This document shows, piece after piece, positions 13,401-27,540 of a stretch of 64,000 nucleotides of DNA. Origin of the DNA: Lingula anatina (lineage: Eukaryota > Animalia > Brachiopoda); NCBI GenBank assembly GCA_051362555.1, contig CM120640.1, forward strand, positions 6,448,001-6,512,000, read 5' to 3'. The position numbers and the translations under genes are program-made. Below the pieces are notes generated by a model. The model saw only the letters and a program-made list of their open reading frames with translations. It was not told the DNA's origin and made no database searches. The stretch's first letter is position 1, and every line of letters begins with the position of its first letter.

Positions 13401-15035
13401 TCTCTTCTAAAACATTTTTGCTAACGACTGTGTTATATGTTAGTTCCTTTTGCCATACAATAAAAACGAATGCTTTTTACCTATTGATTTTTTCCAAATG
13501 CCTTTTCTAAAATTATTTATACAGGCAACTAGTATTCCAAACCATATTTAAATTACACCTAGTATTTTGACTGCACGATAATACGCTCTCAGTCAGAATT
13601 CTTTATTTATTCGTCACAGTCTCGAGTTTAACCGCCGCTAGGAGAAGTATTAGCTTTTCGTCATCTCAACAATTAAACGTTACTCGTTCGCTCGGCACAA
13701 AATCCTTAATCCACCGAGCTGAAGAGTAAATCACATTAAACCCTGGTAACATATCCGCCAACATCACAACAGATACCACCATATCAATTGGAGAAACTCA
13801 GTGACGCAAGACAATGGCGAAGTTTTCACATGCCTTGCGCGTCCAAACGTGAAATTGCGAAATATATTTTTAAAATTCCCATTCTTCATGGGGAAAATGC
13901 GCAGAAGACTTCACAGAGAAATAACTGACATATTTTCCCTTGCAACAAATGTACCTATTTCGGTAAATACCCGCTTAAAATAATTTTTCTCTATCACTTC
14001 TGGCAATTTTAGTGTGATAAAAACTTGCGGTTTCTCAATTGTATGTGCGCCCTTGCGTGGTAAAAGAAATTCCGTCTCTCACACTTTAGTGGTACGTCAC
14101 TGAACTGCAGACAAAGATAGATTATTATACCCAGTCCACGTGAGCGCTAAAAACGAATAAGTTCTGAAGATTGTACTTTTTCATGACCTCCGATAACATT
14201 TATCTCTCAAACTGTCTGTCGAATAATTATCGATTCGCAAAAATGACTTAAATCTTTTAGATTTTTTTGTCTGGAAAATGTTTTTTTTTTAATGAATTCA
14301 GGTGGGCTGTCTGTGTTTGTATCATGAACTGAGCGGGTCTCCCGATGTGTTACTTGAAACAAAAATTGTTCATTTATTTTAAGATTGGAAATTAGATTAA
14401 CAATTAGCTGTAGCAGGCCCAGGCAAGACGTGTAATATCACGTAATGGACTAAGTCCTCGTTGCGTGCGTTTGAGCCTACAGAGGATGCAGGTGCGAGTG
14501 GCCTCGCTGTTGGTATTAATTACCGATTGTTTTACTGGCCACGACACCTCTTGAACTGCGATACACAGTGATAATAAAGTAAGGATAAAAGCGCTAAAGC
14601 AATATTGATGTTTTAATCCAAATCGGGCATAATGCGTGTTCACGAGTCGGGGTCCACGAGCCAACGCTGTCTAAACTGGAGTAGGAGGGTTGGGGGAGGG
14701 CTTTTAGCAGGCTCATATTTCTTTAGATACATTCTAGTATGGCAGCAGGTTCTTAAATGTAGTATTGAGACCTCAGTAAGTCATTCTGAACTACTTGTCC
14801 AGTTTTCCCAAGGGGAAGGAATGCGTCTGGGCTCAGATGTGGCGATTAAGTTTTCAGCACATTCGTTCAACACACCCTTGAAGCCAGCCCGGTTGTGCTG
14901 ACTCCGTGATTACTGTCAAAATGTTTACCTATAAGATATTTATCAAAAGCTCGTGTTGCCAATAAGCTTAAAAGGCTGAACCAACGGAAGAGGCCCATCA
15001 GTCCTTTACAGCAAGTGACAAGAACACACGTATTC

Positions 15036-15216
15036 TTTATACACGTAATACATCGCGACGACACACGACGACAGTCACTGCGTGACTGAGTAGCCTCCCC
15101 AACACGGACATCTGAAGCGGTCACGCACTGGATAGTCTACGGCCTTAATTTACAACTTCTTGCTTTTTACCAACGATTTGTCTTTGGATTTTTAGTTCAT
15201 CTTTTAACAGGTAAGA
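15036..15216 (+). promoter_or_regulatory. candidate distal promoter and non-coding first exon of the MMP21-like gene
   Basis: Weak TATA-like TTTATAC at ~15036, Inr-like ACAGTC at 15071 and strong donor CAG|GTAAGA at 15210/15211. Confidence 0.35.
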
Positions 15217-18200
15217 CATTATTTTGCGAGATTACGTATTTTAAGAAACTGCTTAAGTTCGTATTGAAACCTGTATGTCAATGTGCTGACGGCCCGCGAC
15301 TGCCGTTCGCGTTCGATCTTATCTCTTTCACGATTTTAATCAACCGTTGGAACGCTAATTAAATATAAGGGTGACGACAGAGGCCTTTTGTTCGTTTAAC
15401 TGCAGCGGGTGAACTGGAAGATGAACAGGTGAACTTCAGGTGGACTCGGTTTACATGTTTGATCGTGCCGCTCGTCGTGTAGGTCCCTCTCTTGATTCAT
15501 ATTTTTTCTTCTGTCCCAGTTGTTTCAATAAACCCAGCACTTGACTGAAACGCTCAGTAGCCCTCTTTACAAATTTCTTGTGATTGGAACAAAAACAATA
15601 TTTTACTTCTCCAAACCTCGTACTTAGTTCTTTCAATATTTTTCTACTGAATTGCCGACGGTCGAAATATGCTGAGTATTCGTCGATGTTTTTGGAGAAA
15701 ATTCGGAGAAATTTATTGCACGTGCCGGACAGTGTTATGATATATCTGTATACCTGCCTTCAAAGCCAGAACTAGGCGTGTGGGGAGTCTTTTAAAGCGT
15801 AATGTGTTTTAGATAATTGGGTTTTAGCGGCTTTAACTTACTGTTACGTTCACTCTTTGTAACGTAAGGACAACGGGAAAGCTCTTAGTTCCAAGTGGTT
15901 TTAGATTAGTGACAGTGTTGAAAACAAAGAGTATCAGAATGGTCCAAGCCTGTATAAACAGTTTAACTTAACATTAAAGAAACACTTCCTTTAACTCGAG
16001 AAGGCTAACAGATTACAGAGTCAATGACTTCCGGTTCCATTTCACAGACAAATTAGTTAATAATGCCTGCACATCATAATTGATTTTTAACAATAAAAAG
16101 GACGTGTTGAAATATCTCCAAACATCAAATACAGCTGTGTACCATGCTTTAAAATGAATAGGATAAACATCTGAGCAGATAACACGTTTACGTCATTACT
16201 CTTGTCTTAATGAAGTGGTCAATAACGTCCTTGGTCCCAAATTAGAGAAAAGGGCTCGTTGACTTTTTCGCTCGGTTGAATCACAAGAAATGGTCTCTGC
16301 TCCGATATATTGTGTTAGGGTCTAATCCGCGAGTTAGAGACTTGCTGAACGTCGCCGTTATTGTTACAGAGATTGTCAAGTACATTGAGAAGAGAGTTCG
16401 GTCTCCTCGCTCGCTTTCACACTGTTTGTGTGTCGTAATTGGACAACAAGTCTGGCCATAATACTACCGGCTTAGGCTACACTGACACCGACTTAAAACC
16501 GTTAAAGCTTTTCCTCGTTTTCGACAGTCCCAACAAAGCCATAGCGAAACCACGAACAATGCCACCACAAAGGTTGGGTGGACCGCTGTTAGTATTTCCC
16601 AGATTAACCGTATTTGCGAATTGAGAGAAGTTGAGAGCGAGTTTAGAGTTGACGTTAACCTCACCCTCCCGAGGTATTGAGGCCGCTTTGTCCTGCACCT
16701 TGCCACAACGCTCCGCTCATTAAGCAGTGTTGACTACTTTTCCCTAAGGTCCCGTTGCGTCGGGCGTAATCCGTCGTTTTTTGAAAGCGAGAAATTTGTA
16801 CATAGTCGCTAAGGTTCGAAAATATTTAGATTTCATCTTAACATTTTTTCCACAAGCCTCTTAAGCGGTGTGCTCACCCATCAAGTCAAGAGCAACTCGA
16901 TACACGAGGACCTGTCGATCTGTGCAGTCGTTTGTCACGTATATTCACGGCGCAGTGCCCAGACTTCTGTGTTAGAAAGAGACCCCGAGATCGTTGCTCT
17001 TTTCAGGAAAAATGAAGTGTACTTGAACCTTCTTAGGAAATTATCACGTATCAGGTCCTTTCGGTTTTCTTTGTCGGCGGCCGGTGAGGTGTTTAAGCCT
17101 TATCCAGCCAGTAGAATGGTTGAAGGGAATCGAACAGGTAACGGTACACCTTGATAACGGGGACCCGGGGGACACGGAGATGTTCAGGTGAAGAGCAGAT
17201 TACGGGGACAATGCATGGCTTCCCGCTGATCAATTAACTTTCACTTTGTTCACTGCTTTGATGAAAGGGCCGCCCCCCGTTGCCGTCAACACGTACCTGC
17301 AAGGCGTCTTTAAGCACTGATTAAGGAAACTTCCAATAGAACATAGGGATTCCTAATTATGTATGATCAAATATATATAATTGCAAGAAAATAGACAACA
17401 CCACAATATTGCCCTAGCATTCTTTGTTGTTATTGATTTGTAAAATTTTTTAAGTAATACAAATAGGAACATAAGCATGTGCGCTACTCATGTCGGTCGG
17501 TTTCATTATTTCAGTAATCTATAATGTGAATTATGCATTTAATTATTTCAATGATTTTAATTTCATTTTTGTTTGTTTGTTTTTTTTTTTATGATAGCGA
17601 TTTCCTCAGTTTTTAAAATCATTTATTTTATTTCAATTTATTTTTTACAAATATTGTGATTGACGAAGTCCTATTTTCCCTTATTTCTATTCAGGATCCT
17701 AGTTCCTTTTAATTTTATTTTTCTTAACATTCTTACATTCCTCATTCTCATCTCTTTTCACGGTAATAGTCCTTGTCCCAAACAACGCTAATATTTGTAC
17801 TTTATATTTTCCATCAATTACATCCTCAAACACCGGTTAGTGTTTAAAGTAGAAGAGTCACATTTGCTGTGTACAAAATACATATATATTAGTTTAAATG
17901 ATAAAATACTTTGAATTATATCGTAATGCGCTGATTATTGTCTTGAGTGATGACAAAAAACCCTGCCTGCTGGCAAAAACTGCAAACGTGCTGCTTTACC
18001 AGCTCCATCTTCGAGAAGTTCTTGAATAAAAAAAAAAAAGGAATTGCGATAAGCATTAATGTCATTCATAGTGAAGCCACAGATTCTAAATCACTAAAAC
18101 GTTTGCCCCATGTTAAAAGATTTCGCACCTAACGTGTGCCAGGTGGACCTTTTAAGTGAGCCGCTCCCCCCGTACTTCTTAAGGTGGGAGTTCGGGGGAG

Positions 18201-18369
18201 AAGCCGGCAGCAGATCTTATCTTAACGACAGTTTTTATCAATGAATTACGGATCGCTTTATTTACTGTCGATCAAACCTGTGAAGTGCATGGCTTCTCCC
18301 GGCCCGTCGCTCCTGGACAAGAAGATCAATTAGTAATTAAGAGCTAATCGGCCAGGAGCTCAGGTAGGA

Positions 18370-18575
18370 TATAAGCAGAGCCGGTGCGTGTGGCGGGTAT
18401 CAGTCTCTGCTTGTCAGCGCTGCTATCAACAACTAGTGACAATTATCCTAAGTTATCCCACGTTATCACTGCTCTTTTACAACTCTCCACTGAACCAGTG
18501 ACAAGTGCTACATAGGTGTCAGACTTGGAAATCCGTCCACCCACCTGCCCGCGGCTCTGAAGCGTTAAGGTAAGG
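18370..18575 (+). promoter_or_regulatory. TATA/Inr core promoter and non-coding first exon (likely MMP21-like)
   Basis: TATAAG at 18370 and TCAGT Inr at 18400-18404 (+1 A about 32 nt after TATA). Donor AAG|GTAAGG at 18569/18570. Matching acceptor tttccag at 22361-22367 lies just before the ATG exon. Homeodomain-type TAATTA/TAATC motifs lie just upstream. Confidence 0.6.
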
Positions 18576-21500
18576 CACTAAGCCACGAGCTAATAGCTAC
18601 GCTTATAATTTGAAACTTGTCGGTGAATCAATTAGAACCGTTATTTTTGATAGGCCACTAGTTGTGATAGGTATTCCGGATAACATAACATGTCAGGTGA
18701 CTGCCAGATGAAGAACTTGTCTAATTGATTTTGCCGTTTGCGAGGTATTTAAAAAGGTAATAACGTTAACGAAATTCTTGTCGTATACCACAGCGGTGGT
18801 CTGAGATAGTGCAAATGCCCGTACTGATTAAAAATGTCAAGATTTTTCGTGGAATTATCTTAGAAGTATATTCATCTGGTTTGATGTGGAGGGTCATCAT
18901 AATGCTGTCTCACGCCTCCACCGGAACAGTTTTCTAGCTCGGGCTCCGCGGTATCTAGTTAACTAGGCCGGGGGTATGATATGACCCAACAGACCTTACT
19001 TAAGGCAGTGATACGTCTTAACTTAAAGTGTGAATTTGTTTGACTATTTGTGACAGTGTTTGCTCGTATGATAGCAACCGTGGATGAGTAGGCAAGAGAA
19101 CGAGCTCTAATGGCGCAATAAATAGGCACCATTTCCCTCTTATAACTTTCGGTTGAAATTTCAATGAACTTTGATTTCGCGCGAATCTTTTCAACCTTAC
19201 CGCTGGCACTTTTAAACGTGTGATTTGTTTCAGAAACAAGGTAATCATGGTTATAAGTGTAAATTGTGAAATTGTTAGATGGTAACAGATGTAATTTTCT
19301 AAATTTTGAGTAGATAAAGTGAATGATCAAACTTTTAAAAATTCTTATTAACAGACTAAAAACCAACGCGTAGGTGCAATGTTTTAGAAAGTTCTCCAGG
19401 AAAATCACCACATTTTCTTTAAATTGTCCGTTTGATATGTTTTCTTCGTCTACAGTTATGCCTGGTAAACATGGAGATTGAATAGCGTTGAAAGTAAACT
19501 TATGTTATGTTGATCTGTAAGATGTGTACGTTTCTTAGTCATTTGAACCCGTAAAGCTTCGTACAGCACTTAAACATTTTGAGCCAGCATGAGCACGATG
19601 AAATGAGAACCAATCGGAAATAATTAACTGTCGATATTGGATAATTAAGGAAAAGAGTCATCGGGGAATGTTTAAATAGTTAAAGGTTAGAAAACCACAA
19701 ATACGTCAAAAGTTATGTCTCTAGTGACATTTTCTCACCAGTCCATGCAAATAAAAGCTGACGCCCGTGTACATCAGCCAATAGTAAGGCTTTGAAGTGA
19801 GTCGTATTGTTAGAAATTAGCTATTTTGTCTTTCTCGTGTACTTCGAATATTTTGAGAAACTCGTGCGTAATCGCCCGCGCATAACAAACTTTGGCTATT
19901 TTCCGTCTCTTGCGTCAACAAATTCAACTGGGATTTCGAAACGGTAAGAGATTGATAAAAAAATCAGCATATACCCTTGCTTACTTGGTATATATATTTG
20001 CTTTGATTTCGTTCGAGCATGCACGAGCTTGTGGAAAAAGACTAGTTTCTCCTGTTTTTAATGTTTTTATCTCTAAAGATCCCGTGAAACTGTTCACGGA
20101 CAGTAGGTTTGCAAGTGATCACATAACTCGTAGGATTAACTGGACTTTTTTTCTGATATGGTGTTAGTGACAGTGTAACATCGCCCTAATTCGTCAACTA
20201 AATATTTGTCGAACCCCCAGTGCTCATAGGAAAAGTAACAATCTTTGGCGACTAGAGCAGCTTATATTCCTGGGTGGGTTGAATAGGGGGGGCTAACCCG
20301 GTATCGTATGGTCTCGCTGGCATGCGATGTCACGGCGTTCTTCCGTCACCTGCTATCGTGATTGGCACTTGTCACGATTTCTCCCCGGAGGATGAATGCT
20401 CGTCAAAGTGTCGTTTTCTTGTCCGGAGATGTACCTTTCAAGTTGAAGAGATGTAAATTTCATGTTTTCGGTTGTAAATTTCATGTCGTGGCGTGTACAG
20501 GGATCGTCTGCTGCTTTACTTTGTAATCTCAACTCGGGGAAGGACGCGTGACGGAATGTGCGCTCGAAACTCCCGCATCAGCCAACTTTGTTATTACTGC
20601 TTCGAAAATATCGTGGTAGTTATTTGATTATAATAATGACGATAAATTATTAAAGCTTTATATTTTTGTACACGGTCTCGTTGATTTCACTTTACCAAGC
20701 TCGCACGATGTCTCGGAAATTCTTCTTGTGAGTTTATCACTCTTATGTCGTCAACATTTTTTTCGTTATAACCATACCTTCCTATTTGGAAGTGTCATCA
20801 ATTTCAAATCGGTACCTGAAAATCGGATATGTAGCTTTGTTTTTGTCAAAGCAAAACATGGAAACAGTGTCTGCTACCCGTTGTGTGCTCGGAATATTTG
20901 CTTAGTTTCGCGATTTGTAGTGTTTGCATTACTTAAGTTAAGGTGACTATGAACGATAAGGTGTAAGCCTGCCGAGATTTAGGTTGACTTATACGGCATG
21001 CCATTACGACTTTTTAATAACGATTTCATTGTCCCCAAATCCTCAAGTGGTTGTGCCGCTAACTGAGAGTGCACCGCGTGTACGGCGAGCTTACACTTTC
21101 TAAGATGGGAACGATAACCGAGCAAGTACTTGACGATGGGGTTTTATTTGAAGTGCTCAATACATTTATTCGTCCTCCCTCCACTTTTTCTTCAAATTTA
21201 CACTTAAATGTAATTTATCTTAGCACCATGTAAGTGCCTTAATCGAAGGTTGGTCGTGTCGATTTGGATAGCGTCACAGATGGGGTTTACCTTTGACCAG
21301 AACAAACATAATTAGTAATGATGTAAAAAAAAAAAAAAAAAAGATCGCGAACCAAGACCCTAGGTTTCGTTTCAGGTCCTCGTCCGCTTATTGAATCAAA
21401 CCCCGAGATTCTCTGTCTGTATAGCACATTGTCTCAGTCCAATGACCCCAGTCTTCAAAGGCTTCGCACAAATAGTGTGCCCGTGCGTGTGGACATAGTT

Positions 21501-22389
21501 TGTTTAATGCGTTAGGTGAAAAGGATGGAATGATAGAAAGAATTCTGCGATGCGACAGGAATTTTAAAGAAATCGACAGATTGCTGCCAGGGTTCATTTC
21601 CATTGTCATAGCGTCTGAATGGACAGCATATACCCGTCAACCGATCAAATATTGAGACAACCCTCTAGCCTCGTCAAGCATTAGTTGTTTTCAGGATTTC
21701 CAAATACTACAAATGAATGATTTTAATATATACAGTAAAATTTATCACTTAATAACGAGGAAATGAACTGGTTAAATTTGAATTTGCCCTCAGTAAACAC
21801 TGGAATGTCAACTTTGTCTTCATTTTTCTTTGAATTATGATTCTATTTTTGTATTTCAACTACGAGCAGTACATTCCTGCTTAGGAAGTGTCGCAAGGAT
21901 GCATTTACAATGAAACAATCATACCAGCTTTTTTTAACTAACTCTGAGGAGACTTTTGCTGAATGCAATCAGACAAAAATTAACATGTTTTCTCCCTTCA
22001 TTTAGTAGAATACAGAAAAGTTGTTAATTATACAATACTTGAAAACAAAAGATGTGTTAGTCTGTGAATCTGATTGCATTCGAACTACCTAAGGCGAGTT
22101 TTATTGTGAACGCACCCACATACATTAAAGTCAAACACATTTAGTTTGTATATTCTGATTGCCAACATTAATATTTAATTTGAAAGGAATATTTCTTGTG
22201 TTATTTGGTTAAACAGGTACAACAAATTACTTAATTGTAGTTTGTCTACTTTAAGATCTCAAGGTTTCATGTGAGTGAAGCCAACATGAAATGGAGGTCA
22301 CACAATGATGTCAGCATATTGTTTGAATGGGTTTAAATATTAAAGAAACATTTTAATTTCTTTCCAGATCTATATACATTTACTAAGCC

Positions 22390-25300
22390 ATGACAATGAA
22401 CTATTCTCAACTGGGCCACATCTTTGTCTTTCTCCTGGTGTTGGAGGCAGTCTGGGCAGAAATGATGCACATGCAAAGAGACTTCAGGGATGCTTCTAAG
22501 TTCAATATCTACCGGAAATACCAAAATCAAGTAACAGCTAGCATAGAGGCTATGGGAGAAGTAGGTTCACAAGTTCTGTAATATATTTAGAAAACAATTC
22601 ATCTAGAAGATAGTAGAATTAAAAAATAAGACATTTGTAAGCATGTAAAGATTATGAAATTAAGATTTGTATTCAACCTTTCTTGGTATATTTTTACAGC
22701 GTCTAGAACTTTATTTTTGTCACTTTAGCATGACTAAGTGCCTTATTTATATTAATTCATCTTCCTTTCACAGGAGTACCTGTACAAGTTTGACTACATG
22801 AACTGCACGACCCCAAGTCTGAGGCGTAAACGAAGAGAAATTCCCAGGTTTGCTCGCAGTATGGTATTACCTTATAAAATTAGACCCTTCAAAAGCAAAG
22901 TTCAGGAAGTGATCGATGCTGGCTCAGAATCTGACTGCTCTTTGGAACAAAAGAGGAAGGCAATCAGTAAACTACAAAGTACTTTCGGCCTCAATGTGAC
23001 AGGAGAGCTGGATGAAAAAACACTAGCACTAATGAGGAAGCCGCGCTGTGGTAACTCTGACAAAGACATTATCAAAAATGTTACAGCTCTCATAGATGAT
23101 ACTGAAGAAGAATTGAGTGATACAAACACCACTGCCACCAGTCTCTTTAACTCGGCAACCAACGGTTCTTCAAACAACACCAGTGGAACAACACCAGCCC
23201 CTTCTGAAGATGGCACCACTGTAGCCTCCTCATCCAGGCAGAGCATCCTTCTTTCTACCATTGCTCCCAGTTCTTCTGAGCCTGACAATTCCTACACTTT
23301 GAGACATCGAAGAAAGCGTCAGGTCGACGAGATTATGCAAAGACTGCAGGGTGAGACTCAGCGTGAACTTGAAAAACGAGCCAAGATTGTGCACATGGTA
23401 CGCAGACGCCGTAGGAGATCTGCAGTGATGACACAGCAAAGACAACCCATTGGTCATTTACAGGGCAATGATCGTGTCGTTACATGGCGCCTGACAGGCA
23501 GTAGCAGTCATATAGATGTCATCTGGTTGCGTGCACTAATCAGCATGGCCTTCCGCATGTGGTCTGAAGTTAGTCCTCTGAAATTCCAAGAATTACCAGT
23601 TGGTCATGTTCAAGACTTGGATATCTCCATTTCATTTGGAAGATGTAAGTTTAAGATTCAATAATGTATCAGCATGCTCATTTTCTTTTATGATAAAAAG
23701 GAGCATCTTGTTACCATGTTCAACAGACTACATACATTTCATCCATCTTAAAGCCTGAAAAGCCATGTTTTTATAATTTCAAAGTTCACACTTAAAGACA
23801 TATGCATAAATTTAACAATAATCTAACACAATATGAAATGTCCAGAAGTTTTGATTCCAATTTTTTCTTTCAATTTCAGCGGTTCACAACTGCCCCTTTG
23901 TGTTCGATGGCCCAGGTGGTGAGGTGGCCCACTCCCGATTATTTTCCATTAACGTGGAAATCCACATGGATGATGATGAGAACTATGTGAACCTACCAGC
24001 AGGCCCTACCAGTGGAAATGAGGTGAATACAATGGTGGTGTTGCTTCATGAGATTGGTCACAGCCTTGGCATTCAGCACATTGCTCATCCCTTTGCAGTA
24101 ATGGTGCCACTCTATGACGTAGCAGGGGCCACCGTTGAGCTGAGTGAAGCGGATAGGAACGTCGTGTTAAGAATGTATGGTAAGTAGCTATGGGAATTGT
24201 GTTCATTGGAAAGAGTGAGAGTAACATTTATTGACAGGTCTTGTTAAATATTCTTGTGAAATATTAAATAGGTGATTTTTTTAACATCTCTTATTTCTAA
24301 ACAGAAGTATATAGCTTTCATACAGTGATGCATTCAAGCTTTTTTCCATTAATTAACACATGGTACATTGACAGAAAACAACAAGGCCATAATATGTATT
24401 GTCTTTCCTCCCAGGTCCGTGCACTTCCAAGATGAGTACAGCTTTTGACTGGGTTAGGGTACGTCCTGATGGCACCGTCTTCTACAACACATACTTCTTC
24501 TCTGCCGGCTCCGCATACTGGATGTATTTGAACAGCGAAAACAGGCCCAGATATGGGGATCCCTTGGAGATCCAGGTGGAGTGGCAAGGTGTGCCAGATA
24601 ATTTGGATACTTACCTGCACTTGTGGTACCAGAAAACAGACACCTATCCCAGTACTATGGTCAATGAACAGCTCTTTATAAAAGGTAAGATGCCACTTGT
24701 TAATCGGCCTTTACTTAATCTTTACTTAATCTTACTGGGAGGTATTGTTTGTTTTTGTTTTTTTTTTTAGTAGTAGTGGTAGTAATAGTGGAAGAAGTAG
24801 TAGTAAAGTTAGAGATTCAACTATAATTTCAACTTCAATGGAGTTTTAAATAATTGGATGAATTAAAACTTGGATGGTTTGTGTAGCGTTTATACCTTTG
24901 CCAGCTTTGTTGTATGAAGATGATTATATTTCAATAAATCTATGGTTTAGGAGACACAGTCTACGTGTATGACCCAGCTGCCGACAAGGTGAAGAACACA
25001 ACGACTATTCAGTCCAGGTTTGGACACGCCATCCCCAACAACCTGGATGCTGCATGCTTTGAGAACAGAGGCAGATCCACAGTATATTTCTTCAAAGGAA
25101 AAATGGTAAGACTCTTACAAATCTGTTTTGATGATAAACACTACCAATGAAAGTTAACTATTCAATGCAGGGGCGGATGCAGAGATATTTTCTGACAGTC
25201 TTCCAAATTATCTTTGTTGATCCAACCTCCATTTTTGACCGTCTTCCGAAAACCCGTCAATGAAAACTTGAAAATCTGACCGTCTTCCGGAAGACCCAGA

Positions 25301-25856
25301 AGACGGCCTAAATCCACCCCTGCAATGATTCAGAATGTTCTTAAGAGAAACAAGATATTAGCAGCACAAAGTTTTTCCATATTGGCGAAGCATGCAAGTA
25401 TTTTTTCGATACATTAATAACTTCAGATCAGTGGTCTACAGAGGATATTTTAAAATTTTAATTGTGCATATTTATTTTATTTCATTTATTTATTATTCAT
25501 AATATTATTATCATTATTTTATTTATTTATGTTTTTGCATAACAAACTTTATTTACTGAAATAGTAAATTCCACTTTTCTCTCCTTTCTTTGTAGGTGTA
25601 CACATATAACGTGCATACTGGAGAGGTGACTACGAAATCTTTTACAGAACAGTTTCCCACCATGTCAAACAGTGAACAGCTGACTGGCAATATTGATGCA
25701 TGCTACTACTCCTACAACACAAAGCACCTATACTTTATAAAAGACGATAAGGTGTGGCAAAATGAATGTTTTGATGTGAACCAAACACAAATCACAAACT
25801 GTTTAAGGTACATAAACAAGCGCAGTCATCGATGGAGATATCTCTGCGAGGTGTGA
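22390..25856 (+). CDS. MMP21: matrix metalloproteinase-21-like (675 aa)
   Basis: Phase-consistent exons 22390-22560, 22774-23644, 23880-24179, 24415-24684, 24951-25105 and 25596-25856. Shows a signal peptide, cysteine switch PRCGNSD, furin site RRRRRRS, HNCPFVFDG, zinc motif HEIGHSLGIQH and Met-turn AVMVP. The hemopexin domain has the MMP21-typical TAFDWVR, NTYFF and RYGDP motifs. Confidence 0.9.
25168..25322. mobile_element. MITE in the last MMP21 intron
   Basis: TIRs CAGGGGCGGATGCAG ... CTAAATCCACCCCTG, 5-bp duplication CAATG on both sides, internal repeats of TGACCGTCTTCC. Confidence 0.8.
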
Positions 25857-27468
25857 TTGGACATGACAAGGATGATGACAAGTTTGAATCTAGTATTGTT
25901 TTGCTGAGTGCCAAGACCCCAGTGTTTATGATGTTTTATCAGAGAAAATTTATTTATGTATTAATATTAAAAAGCCAATTGATAACAAAAAAGATAATTA
26001 AGTGTCAGTGTGACCCTGGATCACACAGAAGATGTGAAAGTCGTCCTATGAATTGTGAGCAGTTGAATACAGGATGTATAGTCCATGATCAGCATACAAA
26101 CATATACACACACAAGGAAGGACATTTGTGTTCCTTACAAACTTTCATAAAGAAAAGCAGATTCCTATGTAAAGCAAGACTGATGCCTCTTGAACTTAAA
26201 AAGCATGGACTTTTCAAGAAGGACACATGGTCATAATCTACAAGGAAAAATGTCTGATAATGGTATGCTGAATATGCTGAAGAGAGAGTATTATATTTTT
26301 CTACTAAATTATTAGTGATAGTAGTAAGGACTTCTAGTCTGAGTTGTAAAGTAAGGCAGAATAAACAATTTTTGTATGAATACTAATTTTTTCAACTTGA
26401 AGCTAACTTGCTTTAAAACAGATAAGTGCATATCTTTTAGCGGTAGCAACTGTTGTCTGTCAAGTCAAAGATGTACATTTCTTATGTGCAGTTTAAATTA
26501 TTACTGCTGAAGTAAGGTGTAAAGCTTATATAAGTATTGATCATTTTTACAGTAGGTGATTAGGCTGCTGAAGTTTATCATCAACATATCATTTAGTTAT
26601 AATATGTGTGGTATATGATTATAACTAAATAGTTCAGATGCTGTTTTGTATTACTCATAATATTGTGCTATGCCAGTAGCATTGACAATACAAATTTAAG
26701 ATTTTGGAGGTTACATGATAAACTCAATATATATATATATATACCTAATGTAATATAACTACCAAAAGCAACAGGGATTAGTTGGAAAGGTGATCATTGT
26801 ACAGTGTATAACTAGTCTATACAGGCAGTAATTTTACACAAACAACAGAAAAAAAGAAATTTTTAAATTAAAATTTGCATCATTAAGCTTCATTTATATT
26901 TATTTTAATGCTGTATAATGCAAAAATTTAAAAAAAATAAGTAAAAAAAATAAATAAAATGCTGTGCAGATATAATTCTAACCACACTGTATTTTAGAAG
27001 AACTTTGAAAAAGTTTGAACTTGAGGCATCTTAGCAGTAGATATTAGTGTCTGTTGTGTGGGCCCTGCCCCCAAATCTTCTCTGCCTGTATGCACTAGTC
27101 AGTGGTGTAGCAACTAGTCACAGGTGTACATGTTGCAATGTACAGACTTTTAGGCATCTTTATTATTGATACACATATATGTGAGCATCCAGAACTGTAC
27201 ATTATATTTTGCCAAATATGTTTGTGCTATCTAATTTATGTAGCGTATTTGTCTGTGTTTCTTTTTAGTCTGTTTCTTGCTCTATATTTGACAAAAGGTA
27301 CCATGTGACTGCTCTTACTCTGTAGTTCACAGATATGGCCTAGCATATCATCCCATTATGAACGTCATTCTCTAAATTATTCTCATCAAAATGAGGGAAT
27401 ATATCCTCTGTAGAGAGCCATTTTTATATAATATTAAAAATCACTTCATGTTCTGCACCAATGGAAGC

Positions 27469-27540
27469 AATAAAATGTTTTGTTTCAAAATAAAACTGCT
27501 ATATTTTGTTATTTCTTGTTGTATTGTTGTTGGTCTTGTC
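27469..27540 (+). terminator. probable MMP21 polyadenylation signal(s)
   Basis: AATAAA at 27469 and 27489, followed by a GU/U-rich downstream element (ttttgttatttcttgttgtattgttgttgg). Confidence 0.55.

Noticed and set aside
18959-19411. 150-aa minus-strand ORF
   Set aside because: No motif and a non-ATG start. Lies in the presumed first intron of MMP21.
3262-20138. TAATCC (Pitx/Otx) sites as evidence of left-right regulation of MMP21
   Set aside because: About eight sites were seen in ~20 kb, no more than base composition predicts.
22902-23457. minus-strand ORFs overlapping MMP21 exon 2
   Set aside because: Antisense shadows of the real coding exon.
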